DNA of 64,000 bases from an uncultured Candidatus Saccharibacteria bacterium (GTDB lineage: Bacteria; Patescibacteriota; Dojkabacteria; J137): contig CAZSKK010000001.1 of assembly GCA_964607415.1 (NCBI GenBank), positions 4,190 to 68,189 on the forward strand, read 5' to 3'. Below are positions 38,828 through 47,120 of the stretch, piece by piece. Position 1 is the first letter of the stretch. Every line of letters starts with the position of its first letter. The notes beneath the pieces were generated by a model, which worked only from the letters and a program-made list of their open reading frames with translations, was not told the origin of the DNA and ran no database searches. The position numbers and the translations under genes are program-made.

Positions 38828-39268
38828 CTAAACTAATGATGAATCTGTACCGCAGAAAACATGTAGAATTAGGTTTAGTTTTGACAAATTAGATTTGAAG
38901 CTTTCAATTGTCAGTAATGTTTCTTTTAGAAGAGAGAATAGCTTTTGTTCCAAGACAGTTTTGTCCCAAAGTTCATTTGTCCTTAATTCTGAAAGTGCTA
39001 ATTTGAGAAGTCTCTGAAATTCGACAACTTTCACTTCACTTAATCTTCTTGCGCAATTTATCGCTAATTTAACGTCGTTCTCTTCAATGAACATAAATTT
39101 AGAAGCTACTTCTACTGGAAATTCTTTTTCGTAATATTCTTCGAAGAACTCTGAAAACTTATCAGGATAACAGATTTGAAGAATGTTCGACCCGAAATTA
39201 TTTAAATTCATTGGAGGATTTATAACAACAAGTTGTTCAGAATTTTGTAAGGATTCGTCGATGCTCAT
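38828..39268 (-). CDS. Hypothetical protein
   Basis: ORF fills the gap; no motif recognised. Confidence 0.55.
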   Translation of the reverse strand: MSIDESLQNSEQLVVINPPMNLNNFGSNILQICYPDKFSEFFEEYYEKEFPVEVASKFMFIEENDVKLAINCARRLSEVKVVEFQRLLKLALSELRTNELWDKTVLEQKLFSLLKETLLTIESFKSNLSKLNLILHVFCGTDSSLV

Positions 39269-39386
39269 GATTAATGTTAACAAAAAATGACAAATAGTTT
39301 AAGGCATTATAATATGTTAGCGCAAATTGGTGACAAATTAATATTTTGAGTGTATAATAATGCTATATTAATTATATATCTAAAAT

Positions 39387-39776
39387 ATGGATGTAATAAA
39401 ATACGACCTGAGTAAGGAGACATTAAACGAAGATAGTTATGAATGTGTACTGGCATTTGATCAAGTTGAAATTGAAGATCATGAAATTAGTATTGTAAAT
39501 GCAATGCAAAGAGCATTAAATGAAGGAGCTTTTGGAAGCTATGATGATTTTATAGATAACTGCGAAACTCAAGAATACATGTATCGAGTTGCTGAATTTA
39601 ATTATTGTCTTATTGAAGAGTTAGGATTTAAAAGAGATGAAATGAATATAGCTCAGCTGTGTCAAAAATTTCCCAATATACAGCCAGTAGTATTGGCTTT
39701 AAATCAAAAAAGTTATAGAGAAAATATTTATTTGTGCTTAGAATTTTTTAGAAGTAGGCTTCTAGCAAAACAGTAA
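39387..39776 (+). CDS. Hypothetical protein
   Basis: Acidic 129-aa ORF preceded by TGtaTAAT-type -10 elements and followed by a hairpin with a T run (about 39791-39818). Confidence 0.6.
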   Translation: MDVIKYDLSKETLNEDSYECVLAFDQVEIEDHEISIVNAMQRALNEGAFGSYDDFIDNCETQEYMYRVAEFNYCLIEELGFKRDEMNIAQLCQKFPNIQPVVLALNQKSYRENIYLCLEFFRSRLLAKQ

Positions 39777-39821
39777 GATAAAGTCTTACGGAGCGGGAGC
39801 AATCTCGCTCTTTTTTGTATC

Positions 39822-40757
39822 TTAATTAGTTACTTCATCCACAATATACAAAGGCCTTTGAAGACTTTCTTCGTGAATTTTTTGAATATATAATCCTAAA
39901 ATTCCGAGTGTCAAAAAAATTATCGAAAGCATAAAAATTGCTGTTATGTAAAAAGCAATTGCAGCTAAACTTGCACTTACCAAGTTTAAAGTTACAAATA
40001 GAATTGGAGCAACAAAGATTGAGAAAAACATTAAGAATAAGCTTGTGTTAAATAAAACTCTTGTTGGCATGTCGCTAAAACTTAAAACAGCAGTTTGAGC
40101 AAGTTTTACAAGCTTTCCAAAGTTATATTTTGTAACGCCTGCATATCGTTCGTTTCTGTCAAAATAAACTGCAATTTGTTTAAATCCAATATAGCTAATC
40201 ATTCCACGTACAAATCTAGTCTGCTCTCTCATTTGCTTAAACGCATCTATTGCTTTTCTGTCTAATAACCTAAAATCTCCCGTATCTTTTGGAATTTTAA
40301 CTTTTGTTGTTTTTTCCAGAAATCTATAAAATAAAAATGCTGTTAACTTTTTAAAAAATCCATCTTTTCTTGTTCTTCTAACTGCATAAGCAACATTAAA
40401 TCCTTCTTCCCATTTTTTGATTAATTCAAAGCTTACTTCAGGAGGATCTTGCAAATCTGCATCCATAATGATTGCAGCGTCTCCTTTGCAAAAGTCTAAT
40501 CCAGCAGTTACTGCCATTTGCTGGCTAAAGTTTCGAGAAAAGCTGATTATTTTGACTTTTTTGTTTTCTTTAGCAATGTCCTTAAGAAGATTTAGAGAGC
40601 TATCCGAACTTCCATCATTAACATATATAACTTCAAAATCATAGTTTGTATTTAGGTTTTCAAGGGTCTTAAGAAGAGTTATATTCATTTCAGGAATATT
40701 GTCTTCTTCATTGAAGATTGGAAGTATGAAAGAAATCAGTTTTTTAGTTCCAGTCAT
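39822..40757 (-). CDS. GT2 polyprenol-phosphate glycosyltransferase (GtrB/YkcC-like)
   Basis: P.FNEE, NDGS.D, SRNF, MDADLQDPP, TGDFRL.DR, two C-terminal TMs, RPLYIV. Confidence 0.93.
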   Translation of the reverse strand: MTGTKKLISFILPIFNEEDNIPEMNITLLKTLENLNTNYDFEVIYVNDGSSDSSLNLLKDIAKENKKVKIISFSRNFSQQMAVTAGLDFCKGDAAIIMDADLQDPPEVSFELIKKWEEGFNVAYAVRRTRKDGFFKKLTAFLFYRFLEKTTKVKIPKDTGDFRLLDRKAIDAFKQMREQTRFVRGMISYIGFKQIAVYFDRNERYAGVTKYNFGKLVKLAQTAVLSFSDMPTRVLFNTSLFLMFFSIFVAPILFVTLNLVSASLAAIAFYITAIFMLSIIFLTLGILGLYIQKIHEESLQRPLYIVDEVTN

Positions 40758-41127
40758 TATATAATTTTAAGGGCTATCAAGGACTTATTTTACTCTTTTA
40801 GCTATCAATACTCAATATTCTTAATAATAATTTAACCCATAGCTAAAATCCTGAACACATATTTTGTAAACATTCGTTTAGAGGCTTTGTTTCATGTAAA
40901 GTATAATAAACCTACTCCAGCATAGTTGGAGTTTGATGCCTAAATGTTGTAAATAAAAATTTTTGATTATTAATACCAAATTAACCTTGATGGCAGACGC
41001 AAATTAATAACCCAGAACTTTGGCCTATAGTTTGAATCTATATTCAATCTATTGCAAATCATATTATGGTGTGTTAAAAATCAACATATCCTAGCGAAGC
41101 AAACAATTTATCTTTTAAATTAATTTG

Positions 41128-41733
41128 ATGGGAAATAATGAAGTTATGCCACAAATTTACACTTATGATAAAGCTTTATCAGAAGGTAACTTTGAGTTCA
41201 CTCTAAGAGTTTGTGAAGTATCTGGAGCTATTGATACAGAATCCATTGTAAATGCGATCCACGATGCTTGTAAAGATGACAGAGATGTTGTTTTGGTAGA
41301 TTTTGAAGAAGTATTGAAGGAATTAACTGTATATATTCCTATAAATGAAGCAAGAAATGAGTTAGAAAAGAAAGGTCAATTGTATGGGAAAGAAGAAAGA
41401 GATGCAATTTCTTTAATAAATAAACGCGCTATCGGGCTTCTTGAAGAACAAATTACAAGTGCTTTTTCTGGTTTAGATATGCCGAGAATAATAAAAACTG
41501 CTGAAACTAGTAATGTTAAAGTTTACCTATCGATTCCAAATGAGGGAGCATATATCAGACTGTACCTAGAAAGAGGTTACGAAAATTATAGGGTCGTAAA
41601 GGTTGTTGCACCTAAAATGGAGCTTACAAGAGATGAACATGGAAGATTGACAGGATCGAGAATCTTGGAATCTGCTATAGAAGGTGTTTTACGAGCAGAA
41701 TATATGGAAGCGTTGACAAATGGAGAATTGTAA
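41128..41733 (+). CDS. Hypothetical protein
   Basis: About 200-aa ORF followed by a terminator. Confidence 0.65.
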   Translation: MGNNEVMPQIYTYDKALSEGNFEFTLRVCEVSGAIDTESIVNAIHDACKDDRDVVLVDFEEVLKELTVYIPINEARNELEKKGQLYGKEERDAISLINKRAIGLLEEQITSAFSGLDMPRIIKTAETSNVKVYLSIPNEGAYIRLYLERGYENYRVVKVVAPKMELTRDEHGRLTGSRILESAIEGVLRAEYMEALTNGEL

Positions 41734-41743
41734 AATTAGTTTT

Positions 41744-41778
41744 GAAAAAGCCCTGAAAATTATTTTCAGGGCTTTTTC
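41744..41778. terminator. Bidirectional intrinsic terminator
   Basis: gaaaaagccctgaaaat-t-attttcagggctttttc. Confidence 0.85.
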
Positions 41779-41949
41779 TATATTGTACCTGTACAAACAA
41801 ATATGCTTAAAATTCAAGATCTGAAACAAAACCCATTGGGACTAGTTCATACTCTGAATTCAAATTAAGTTAAATTTTCCTAAAAACTCCGTAATAATAA
41901 GATCTATTGAATGTTCCACCAAATGCAGTAGTAGTTTGATCTTGCCTTT

Positions 41950-42126
41950 CTAGCTTTTGCCAGCTCCAATATCTAAAACCCCAGATCTATCTGTTGGATT
42001 AAACTCTTCAATAAAACTTTTAACCGCGCGAGAAGGAGCATCAGTTTTTGAAGATGGAACATCTGCATTCGCTTGCTTGGAATATTCTTGATCCCAAAAT
42101 ATTTGTCTGCTGTCAGTAGAAGTCAT
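41950..42126 (-). pseudogene. N-terminal fragment of a class I SAM methyltransferase
   Basis: FWDQEY..PS.AV..F..VLDIGAG then an immediate stop; no continuation recognised downstream. Confidence 0.65.
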
Positions 42127-42160
42127 AAATGATTTTAGCACTTTTTGTTATACTGAGTTT

Positions 42161-42721
42161 ATGACTAATAGTGAAATCTACATAAAAAACAGATCAGACT
42201 TAAGAAACTGGCTTTCCAAAAATTACAATCAAAAAGAAGGCATTTGGCTTGTATTTGAAAAAGGCAAGAATAGAACAGTTGATATTTCTGAAATTGTTGA
42301 AGAACTACTCTGCTTTGGCTGGATTGATAGCAAAGGGGGAAAAGTTGATGAAACAAAAACAAAGCTTTATGTTGCTCCAAGAAAGCCAAAAAGTAATTGG
42401 TCTGGGTTAAATAAATCAAGAGTTGAAAGATTATTGAAAGAAGGTCTTATGGAAGAACCTGGCTTAAAAATGATCAAAATTGCAAAAGAGACTGGCACAT
42501 GGGATGCACTTAATGATGTAGAAAATTTAGTAATTCCTAAAGATCTTGAAAATGAATTTAAAAAATACAAAAATACAAAAGCAAACTTTAATGCTTTTTC
42601 TAAATCTTCTCAAAAAATGATTTTGCAATGGCTTTTGAGTGCTAAAAGACCTGAAACCAGAAAAATAAGAATTGAGAAAATTGCTGAAATGGCGGATAGG
42701 AAGGAGAAGGCGTTTGGGTAG
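42161..42721 (+). CDS. YdeI/OmpD-associated family protein
   Basis: R.WL..N..W, E.LCFGWIDS, PRKPKS.WS..NK, AKRPETR..RI. Confidence 0.92.
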   Translation: MTNSEIYIKNRSDLRNWLSKNYNQKEGIWLVFEKGKNRTVDISEIVEELLCFGWIDSKGGKVDETKTKLYVAPRKPKSNWSGLNKSRVERLLKEGLMEEPGLKMIKIAKETGTWDALNDVENLVIPKDLENEFKKYKNTKANFNAFSKSSQKMILQWLLSAKRPETRKIRIEKIAEMADRKEKAFG

Positions 42722-42736
42722 TTGAAGTAATAAGTT

Positions 42737-42930
42737 AGAGTCTTTGCGAGGAGCGTAAGCGACGAAGCAAACTCTGTAAAGTAAAGCGTTAATTTAATGA
42801 GACTGCTTCGTCACGATAAATCGTGACTCGCAGTGACTTCAAAGTAGTTAAGCACCTCCTCGCAAAGACTCTTCCTTAGACACACGCTAGCAGTGACTTC
42901 AAAGTACTAAGGCATTTCCTCGCAAAGACT
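42737..42930. repeat. GTCTTTGCGAG/CTCGCAAAGAC REP-like cluster beside the GIY-YIG gene
   Basis: gtctttgcgaggagcgtaagcgacgaagcaaactc paired with gagactgcttcgtc..ctcgcagtgac; 41-bp imperfect direct repeat at 42830-42870 and 42890-42930. Confidence 0.85.
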
Positions 42931-42939
42931 TGACTCATT

Positions 42940-43230
42940 TTATTCTTCCAAACTTAAATCCATCCAATCAGGATTAAATTGGTTAATAAGTTTTAATTTC
43001 TTTAGCCTTGAACCTGATTTAATTTGTTTTTCTCTATCTATTGCCGCATTTGGGGAGTTAAATACTTCATAATATACAAGTTTATTTGCATTGTATCTTG
43101 CACTAAAGCTTTTAGCGTTTACTTTGAATTTATGCTCAGATGCTCGTCGTTGTAAGTTATTGGTAATGCCTGTATACAAAACAGAGTTGTATTTATTTGT
43201 CATAATATAGACATAATAATACTTATTCAT
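42940..43230 (-). CDS. Stand-alone GIY-YIG nuclease (YhbQ/UPF0213-like)
   Basis: YYVYIM..LYTGITNNL.RR..EH, KLVYYE.F..AI.REKQIK..R..K..LI..NP.W.DL. Confidence 0.93.
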   Translation of the reverse strand: MNKYYYVYIMTNKYNSVLYTGITNNLQRRASEHKFKVNAKSFSARYNANKLVYYEVFNSPNAAIDREKQIKSGSRLKKLKLINQFNPDWMDLSLEE

Positions 43231-43280
43231 AAATGAAATTAAAAACTGTTGGGGATAGCTAATTATAGCACCACTTTAAT

Positions 43281-43310
43281 GAGTTCGCTTCGCTGCGCTC
43301 GCGAAGACTT
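43281..43310. repeat. REP-like half element upstream of the GIY-YIG gene
   Basis: gagttcgcttcgctgcgctcgcgaagact resembles gagactgcttcg..ctcgcagtgact at 42799-42838. Confidence 0.7.
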
Positions 43311-43340
43311 ATACTTTTCATTGATGGAAATACAATAAAT

Positions 43341-43442
43341 ACATTCCTAAGATTTACAGAGTATGAGACAAGAAACAGCCTTTATGAGGTTGTGCAAACG
43401 ATTGAACTGAAGATTAGAGAGCTGGAAGCTCAACACCCCTAA
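43341..43442 (+). pseudogene. Duplicated 3' fragment of the DUF559 gene
   Basis: 102 bp aligning without gaps to 45831-45932, 10 mismatches by my count. Confidence 0.9.
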
Positions 43443-43520
43443 CCCCTTCTTGGAAAGAGGGGAAAGAACACCCCGAAAAAGCATAAATGCTTTTTCACCC
43501 GTCTTGTGAAGAGGGGTGTT
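43431..43520. repeat. DUF559-type terminal palindromes
   Basis: caacacccct, ccccttcttggaaagagggg, aacacccc-gaaaaagcataaatgctttttc-..gaggggtgtt. Confidence 0.8.
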
Positions 43521-43538
43521 AGCGGCAGCTTCACACGT

Positions 43539-44027
43539 CTAACCCAACTCGTACTCTTTAACTTTAGAGTTATTTTCATCGTACACAAATACTCCGTTGA
43601 TAGTTTCGCCGTTCAAAACTTTCGGTATCCATTGTGGTGCGTCATCCCACATTCCTTCAAAAGGCAAACTATTAACATCAAACCATTCGGGAATAATTTC
43701 TTCTGATTCTGTTGGTACACCTTCCCATTTGGTGCATGTAAAAAGAACCACTTCCTGATTCCATTTTTCTTTTTCAGGAAAAAAGAACTTTACACTGCCC
43801 TTCCGTTCAAACTCGGTAGGTGTTACATTTATTTCTTCTTGCATCTCTCTAATTACAGCATCAACTTCCGTTTCACCTTCTTCTAGTTTCCCACCAATTC
43901 CAACATAATTTCCAGTTCCCATTCCTTCTTTACGTTTGCCTAATAAAACTTTATCGTTTTTTAGTAAGTAACAAACTACGCGGATTCCTAATTTTGTATT
44001 TTTCAATTCACGGATTTGTTTGTTCAT
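43539..44027 (-). CDS. NUDIX hydrolase, MTH1-like 8-oxo-dGTPase
   Basis: VLLG.RK.G.G.G..G.GGK.E.GET..A..RE..EE, ESEE..P.WF, MW.D..W.P. Confidence 0.9.
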   Translation of the reverse strand: MNKQIRELKNTKLGIRVVCYLLKNDKVLLGKRKEGMGTGNYVGIGGKLEEGETEVDAVIREMQEEINVTPTEFERKGSVKFFFPEKEKWNQEVVLFTCTKWEGVPTESEEIIPEWFDVNSLPFEGMWDDAPQWIPKVLNGETINGVFVYDENNSKVKEYELG

Positions 44028-44142
44028 AAGAATATTATAATACTAATATAAAACTATATTTCGTATTTAGATTTTAGAATTTTGAATTTAAAATGTATAT
44101 GCACATATTGCACATTTTTTGCTCATGAAGTAACATCAACAA

Positions 44143-44742
44143 ATGAAAATATACTTTACAGCTTCAACTGCTGAATTCAATAAGTACAAAGATTTATACT
44201 TTCAGATCAGGGATATGCTTATTTCAGAAAGTCATATTTTAACTAGGGATTGGCTTTCTGACGCTAAAGACAGAATTGACCAAGGTAAAATTGACCGTTC
44301 TGACATAAAAGAAATTTATCAAGAATGTATGAAGGCTTTAAATGAAGCTGATTTAGTTATTATTGAAGATACAGTTTCAAATTTTAGTACTGGTCATCAA
44401 ATAACCGTAGCACTTCAGCGCCAAAAACCAACACTAGTGTTACGGTCAGTACCTAAAAATCAACATTTCAAAAATTCATTTATTGAAGGGATAGAATCTG
44501 ATTCGCTTGAAGTTCATAAATATGATGATTCAAATTTAGAAGATATAATTAGAACTTTTATTAAAAAGTACGAAAATGCAAATCAAAAGAACCGTTTTCA
44601 TTTAGTTTTAAGTGAAGTTGAGCGAAAATATTTAGATTGGGCACAATTTAGCAAAAATAAAAGTAGAACTAAGTTAATTCGAGATGCCATTAGAAAAAGT
44701 ATGGAAGAAGATGGCGAGTTTAGAGAATATTTAAAAAGTTAA
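44143..44742 (+). CDS. Nucleoside deoxyribosyltransferase-like domain fused to a C-terminal ribbon-helix-helix (putative regulator)
   Basis: MKIYFTAS, ADLVI.E..S.S.GHQI..AL..KP.L.L; C-terminal RF.L.L..YL.W..SR..IR..I. Confidence 0.7.
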   Translation: MKIYFTASTAEFNKYKDLYFQIRDMLISESHILTRDWLSDAKDRIDQGKIDRSDIKEIYQECMKALNEADLVIIEDTVSNFSTGHQITVALQRQKPTLVLRSVPKNQHFKNSFIEGIESDSLEVHKYDDSNLEDIIRTFIKKYENANQKNRFHLVLSEVERKYLDWAQFSKNKSRTKLIRDAIRKSMEEDGEFREYLKS

Positions 44743-44745
44743 AAC

Positions 44746-45405
44746 ATGGTCTATTTCGAAGGTCAAATTACAAATGATAGATCGTTTAATTTATACGCAA
44801 GCATCCATGGGCGATTGAGGCTCTGTGAGTTTTTTCACGAGCATTTTGAGGGAGATGTTGTAGATTTAGGCTGTGGAAAAGGTAATTCACTTCAAGAGAT
44901 TGGCTATCACGCAAAAAATAAAAAAGTAATAGGAGTTGATTATGAACAAGAAGAGGCTAGTAATATTATTCATGCTGATTTTTCTAATATTCCATTAGAA
45001 ACAGGTAGTATTGGAAGAGTAATTTCGTCTTATGGAATAGGCTATTATGCGGAGTCATTAAAAGATTTGCAAGATCATTTTAAAGAGGTACGGAGGATAT
45101 TGAATGCTGGCGGAAAAATTATGATGGTTGTAGCTACTGATCAGTTTCTATCTAAATTTAACGACAATATTCCCAGAATGCATTTATCGCATATACAAGC
45201 ATTGCAAGAAATCAATCCAATATTAGTTGTTGAAATACCTAGTATGATGTCACAACAACAAATGATAGATGATTATTTAAAAGATGAATTTTCTTTTAAA
45301 ATAAACCTTTTACATATATTGAACTTTGGTTTTGAAATAGTTAGTTTTAAAGTTACAGGAACTGAGATAAGTTTAGAGTTGGAGGTGGGTAACGCTGAAG
45401 CATAA
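44746..45405 (+). CDS. Class I SAM-dependent methyltransferase (ends in EA)
   Basis: VVDLGCGKG, IGVD, ADF..IP, E..R.L..GG. Confidence 0.85.
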   Translation: MVYFEGQITNDRSFNLYASIHGRLRLCEFFHEHFEGDVVDLGCGKGNSLQEIGYHAKNKKVIGVDYEQEEASNIIHADFSNIPLETGSIGRVISSYGIGYYAESLKDLQDHFKEVRRILNAGGKIMMVVATDQFLSKFNDNIPRMHLSHIQALQEINPILVVEIPSMMSQQQMIDDYLKDEFSFKINLLHILNFGFEIVSFKVTGTEISLELEVGNAEA

Positions 45406-45428
45406 ATGAGACTGACGCTACTTTAGCC

Positions 45429-45970
45429 ACCCCTCTTTGAAGAGGGGTAAACAACACAAAGTGTTGTTTGGGGTGTTGGAATTTTCTTCAAAATTTGTAT
45501 TTCAATACAATGTTTTTTCTTCTGAACTTGTCTATAATTTCTCTGCTGATCACATTTTATATGAGTTACGTTCCGTATAACAAAAAACTAAAACATCGGG
45601 CTAGTCATCTTCGAAATAACTCAACACGTGGAGAGACTTTATTATGGCAAAAGCTAAAACATAGACAGCAAGGTTACGATTTTAATCGACAGAAACCTTT
45701 GCTAAATTATATTGTAGACTTTTACTGTATAAAGTTAAAACTTGCAATTGAAATTGATGGCTCGTCTCACGATGAAGCTAAATTTGAGTACGATGAGAGA
45801 AGGCAAAGAGAACTTGAACGGGAAGGAATAACGTTCCTAAGATTTACAGAGTATGAGGCAAGAAACAGCCTTTATGAGGTGGTGCAAACGATTGAACTTA
45901 AGATTATGGAGCTGGAGCAGCAACACCCCTAAATGCATAATATGCATTTCTCCCCTCTTCAAAGAGGGGA
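45429..45970 (+). mobile_element. Putative DUF559 nuclease cassette bounded by about 50-bp imperfect inverted palindromic ends
   Basis: Left ccctctttgaagagggg-ta-[aacaacacaaagtgttgtt]-tggggtgttg mirrors right caacacccct-[aaatgcataatatgcattt]-ctcccctcttcaaagaggg. Confidence 0.7.
45561..45932 (+). CDS. DUF559 (Vsr-like) endonuclease domain protein
   Basis: A..LR.N.T..E..LW..L, F.RQ.P..YIVDFYC..LAIEIDG.SH, D..R..L..G..LRF. Confidence 0.92.
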   Translation: MSYVPYNKKLKHRASHLRNNSTRGETLLWQKLKHRQQGYDFNRQKPLLNYIVDFYCIKLKLAIEIDGSSHDEAKFEYDERRQRELEREGITFLRFTEYEARNSLYEVVQTIELKIMELEQQHP

Positions 45971-45983
45971 AATAACACTACAC

Positions 45984-46733
45984 CTAAATCGTCTTCAACC
46001 CAATTCCTCCATCCATAGTTAAAATTGTTCCAGTCATGGAATCATTTTTTGCTAAAAAGATTACACCATCTGCAATTTCTTCTGTGGTTATAAATCTTTC
46101 AATTAACTGTTGCTTGCCATAAAAATCTAAATCTTCTTTGGACATTTCACCCCAGTGAGGAGTTAATACATATCCAGGTGCAAGTGCATTTACAAGGATT
46201 CTAGGTGCATATTTTTTAGCCATACTTTTTGTAAAACTATTCATTGCAGCTTTGGATGCTCCATATGCCATATAGTCTTTATCTGATTTATCGTCAAATC
46301 CCCAAATTGATGAGATATTGATTATTTTCCTGATTGTATTACTACCTGCTATATTCAAAAATTCTTTGGAAGCTAAAACTGCACTCAAAAAATTATTATC
46401 AAGCTGATACTCCCAATCACTTAATTGAGCCATTGCTGGGTCTATGCTTCTTGCATCTCCTGAGTTATTGACTAAAATGTCTAAATTTCCATACTTTGCT
46501 TTAATTTTATTAAAAAGATCTTTAACTTCAGATTCTTTACTCATTTCTGCCCTAAAAAGCATGTGATCGCCACCCAGTTTTGAAATTTCTTCCAGAGTTT
46601 TATTTGCTTCATTTTCACTATTTCTAAAGTTGATAATTATATTTGCACCTTTTTTGGCAAAGGCAATTGCAATTGCTTTTCCAATGCCTTTGGAAGAACC
46701 GGTTACCAGGACGATTTTGTTTTTTAGGGTCAT
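45984..46733 (-). CDS. SDR family oxidoreductase (FabG-like)
   Basis: TGSSKGIG, DILVNN.G, NISS, YGASK, VNA.APG, DGG. Confidence 0.93.
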   Translation of the reverse strand: MTLKNKIVLVTGSSKGIGKAIAIAFAKKGANIIINFRNSENEANKTLEEISKLGGDHMLFRAEMSKESEVKDLFNKIKAKYGNLDILVNNSGDARSIDPAMAQLSDWEYQLDNNFLSAVLASKEFLNIAGSNTIRKIINISSIWGFDDKSDKDYMAYGASKAAMNSFTKSMAKKYAPRILVNALAPGYVLTPHWGEMSKEDLDFYGKQQLIERFITTEEIADGVIFLAKNDSMTGTILTMDGGIGLKTI

Positions 46734-46968
46734 AAACAATGATTAAAGAATAAAGATTATGAACGTTAATTAGTAAATACTATAGACAATTAATTGGTTT
46801 AATTTTCAATTAACAAAAAAACAACTGATGAATTAACCTATATTACATTATAGACTAATTATTGGAATTTGCTAAAATCTTATGGATTTTGTTCGGAATA
46901 TAAAAACTACAAGTTCAATTTCACAAGCCAAGCTTTAAAAGCAACAATCTTTCTGCTACAATATTCGC

Positions 46969-47022
46969 ATGTTCAACAAATCTCACACTTCACAACTCTT
47001 TCTAATCAGAAAATCATGTTAG
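46969..47022 (+). CDS. Putative leaderless leader peptide MFNKSHTSQLFLIRKSC upstream of ABC-F
   Basis: ATG 6 nt after TGcTACAAT; its 3' end ATCATGTTAGT is complementary to ACTAACATGAT spanning the ABC-F start codon. Confidence 0.6.
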   Translation: MFNKSHTSQLFLIRKSC

Positions 47023-47120
47023 TTAACTAGCGTTATATTCGCAGGTCTATACGACCTAAGTGTCATCCTCGATTTCCCTCGGAATGACACAATTATATTA
47101 AATATAGTTAAAATACTAAC

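Noticed and set aside
40758-41124. Long intergenic region as an ncRNA
   Set aside because: Only a short hairpin (actcca..tggagt) and promoter-like AT-rich sequence between divergent genes.
42830-42930. Two 41-bp direct repeats at 60-bp spacing as a possible CRISPR array
   Set aside because: Only two imperfect units, 19-nt spacer, part of a REP cluster, and no cas genes in the window.
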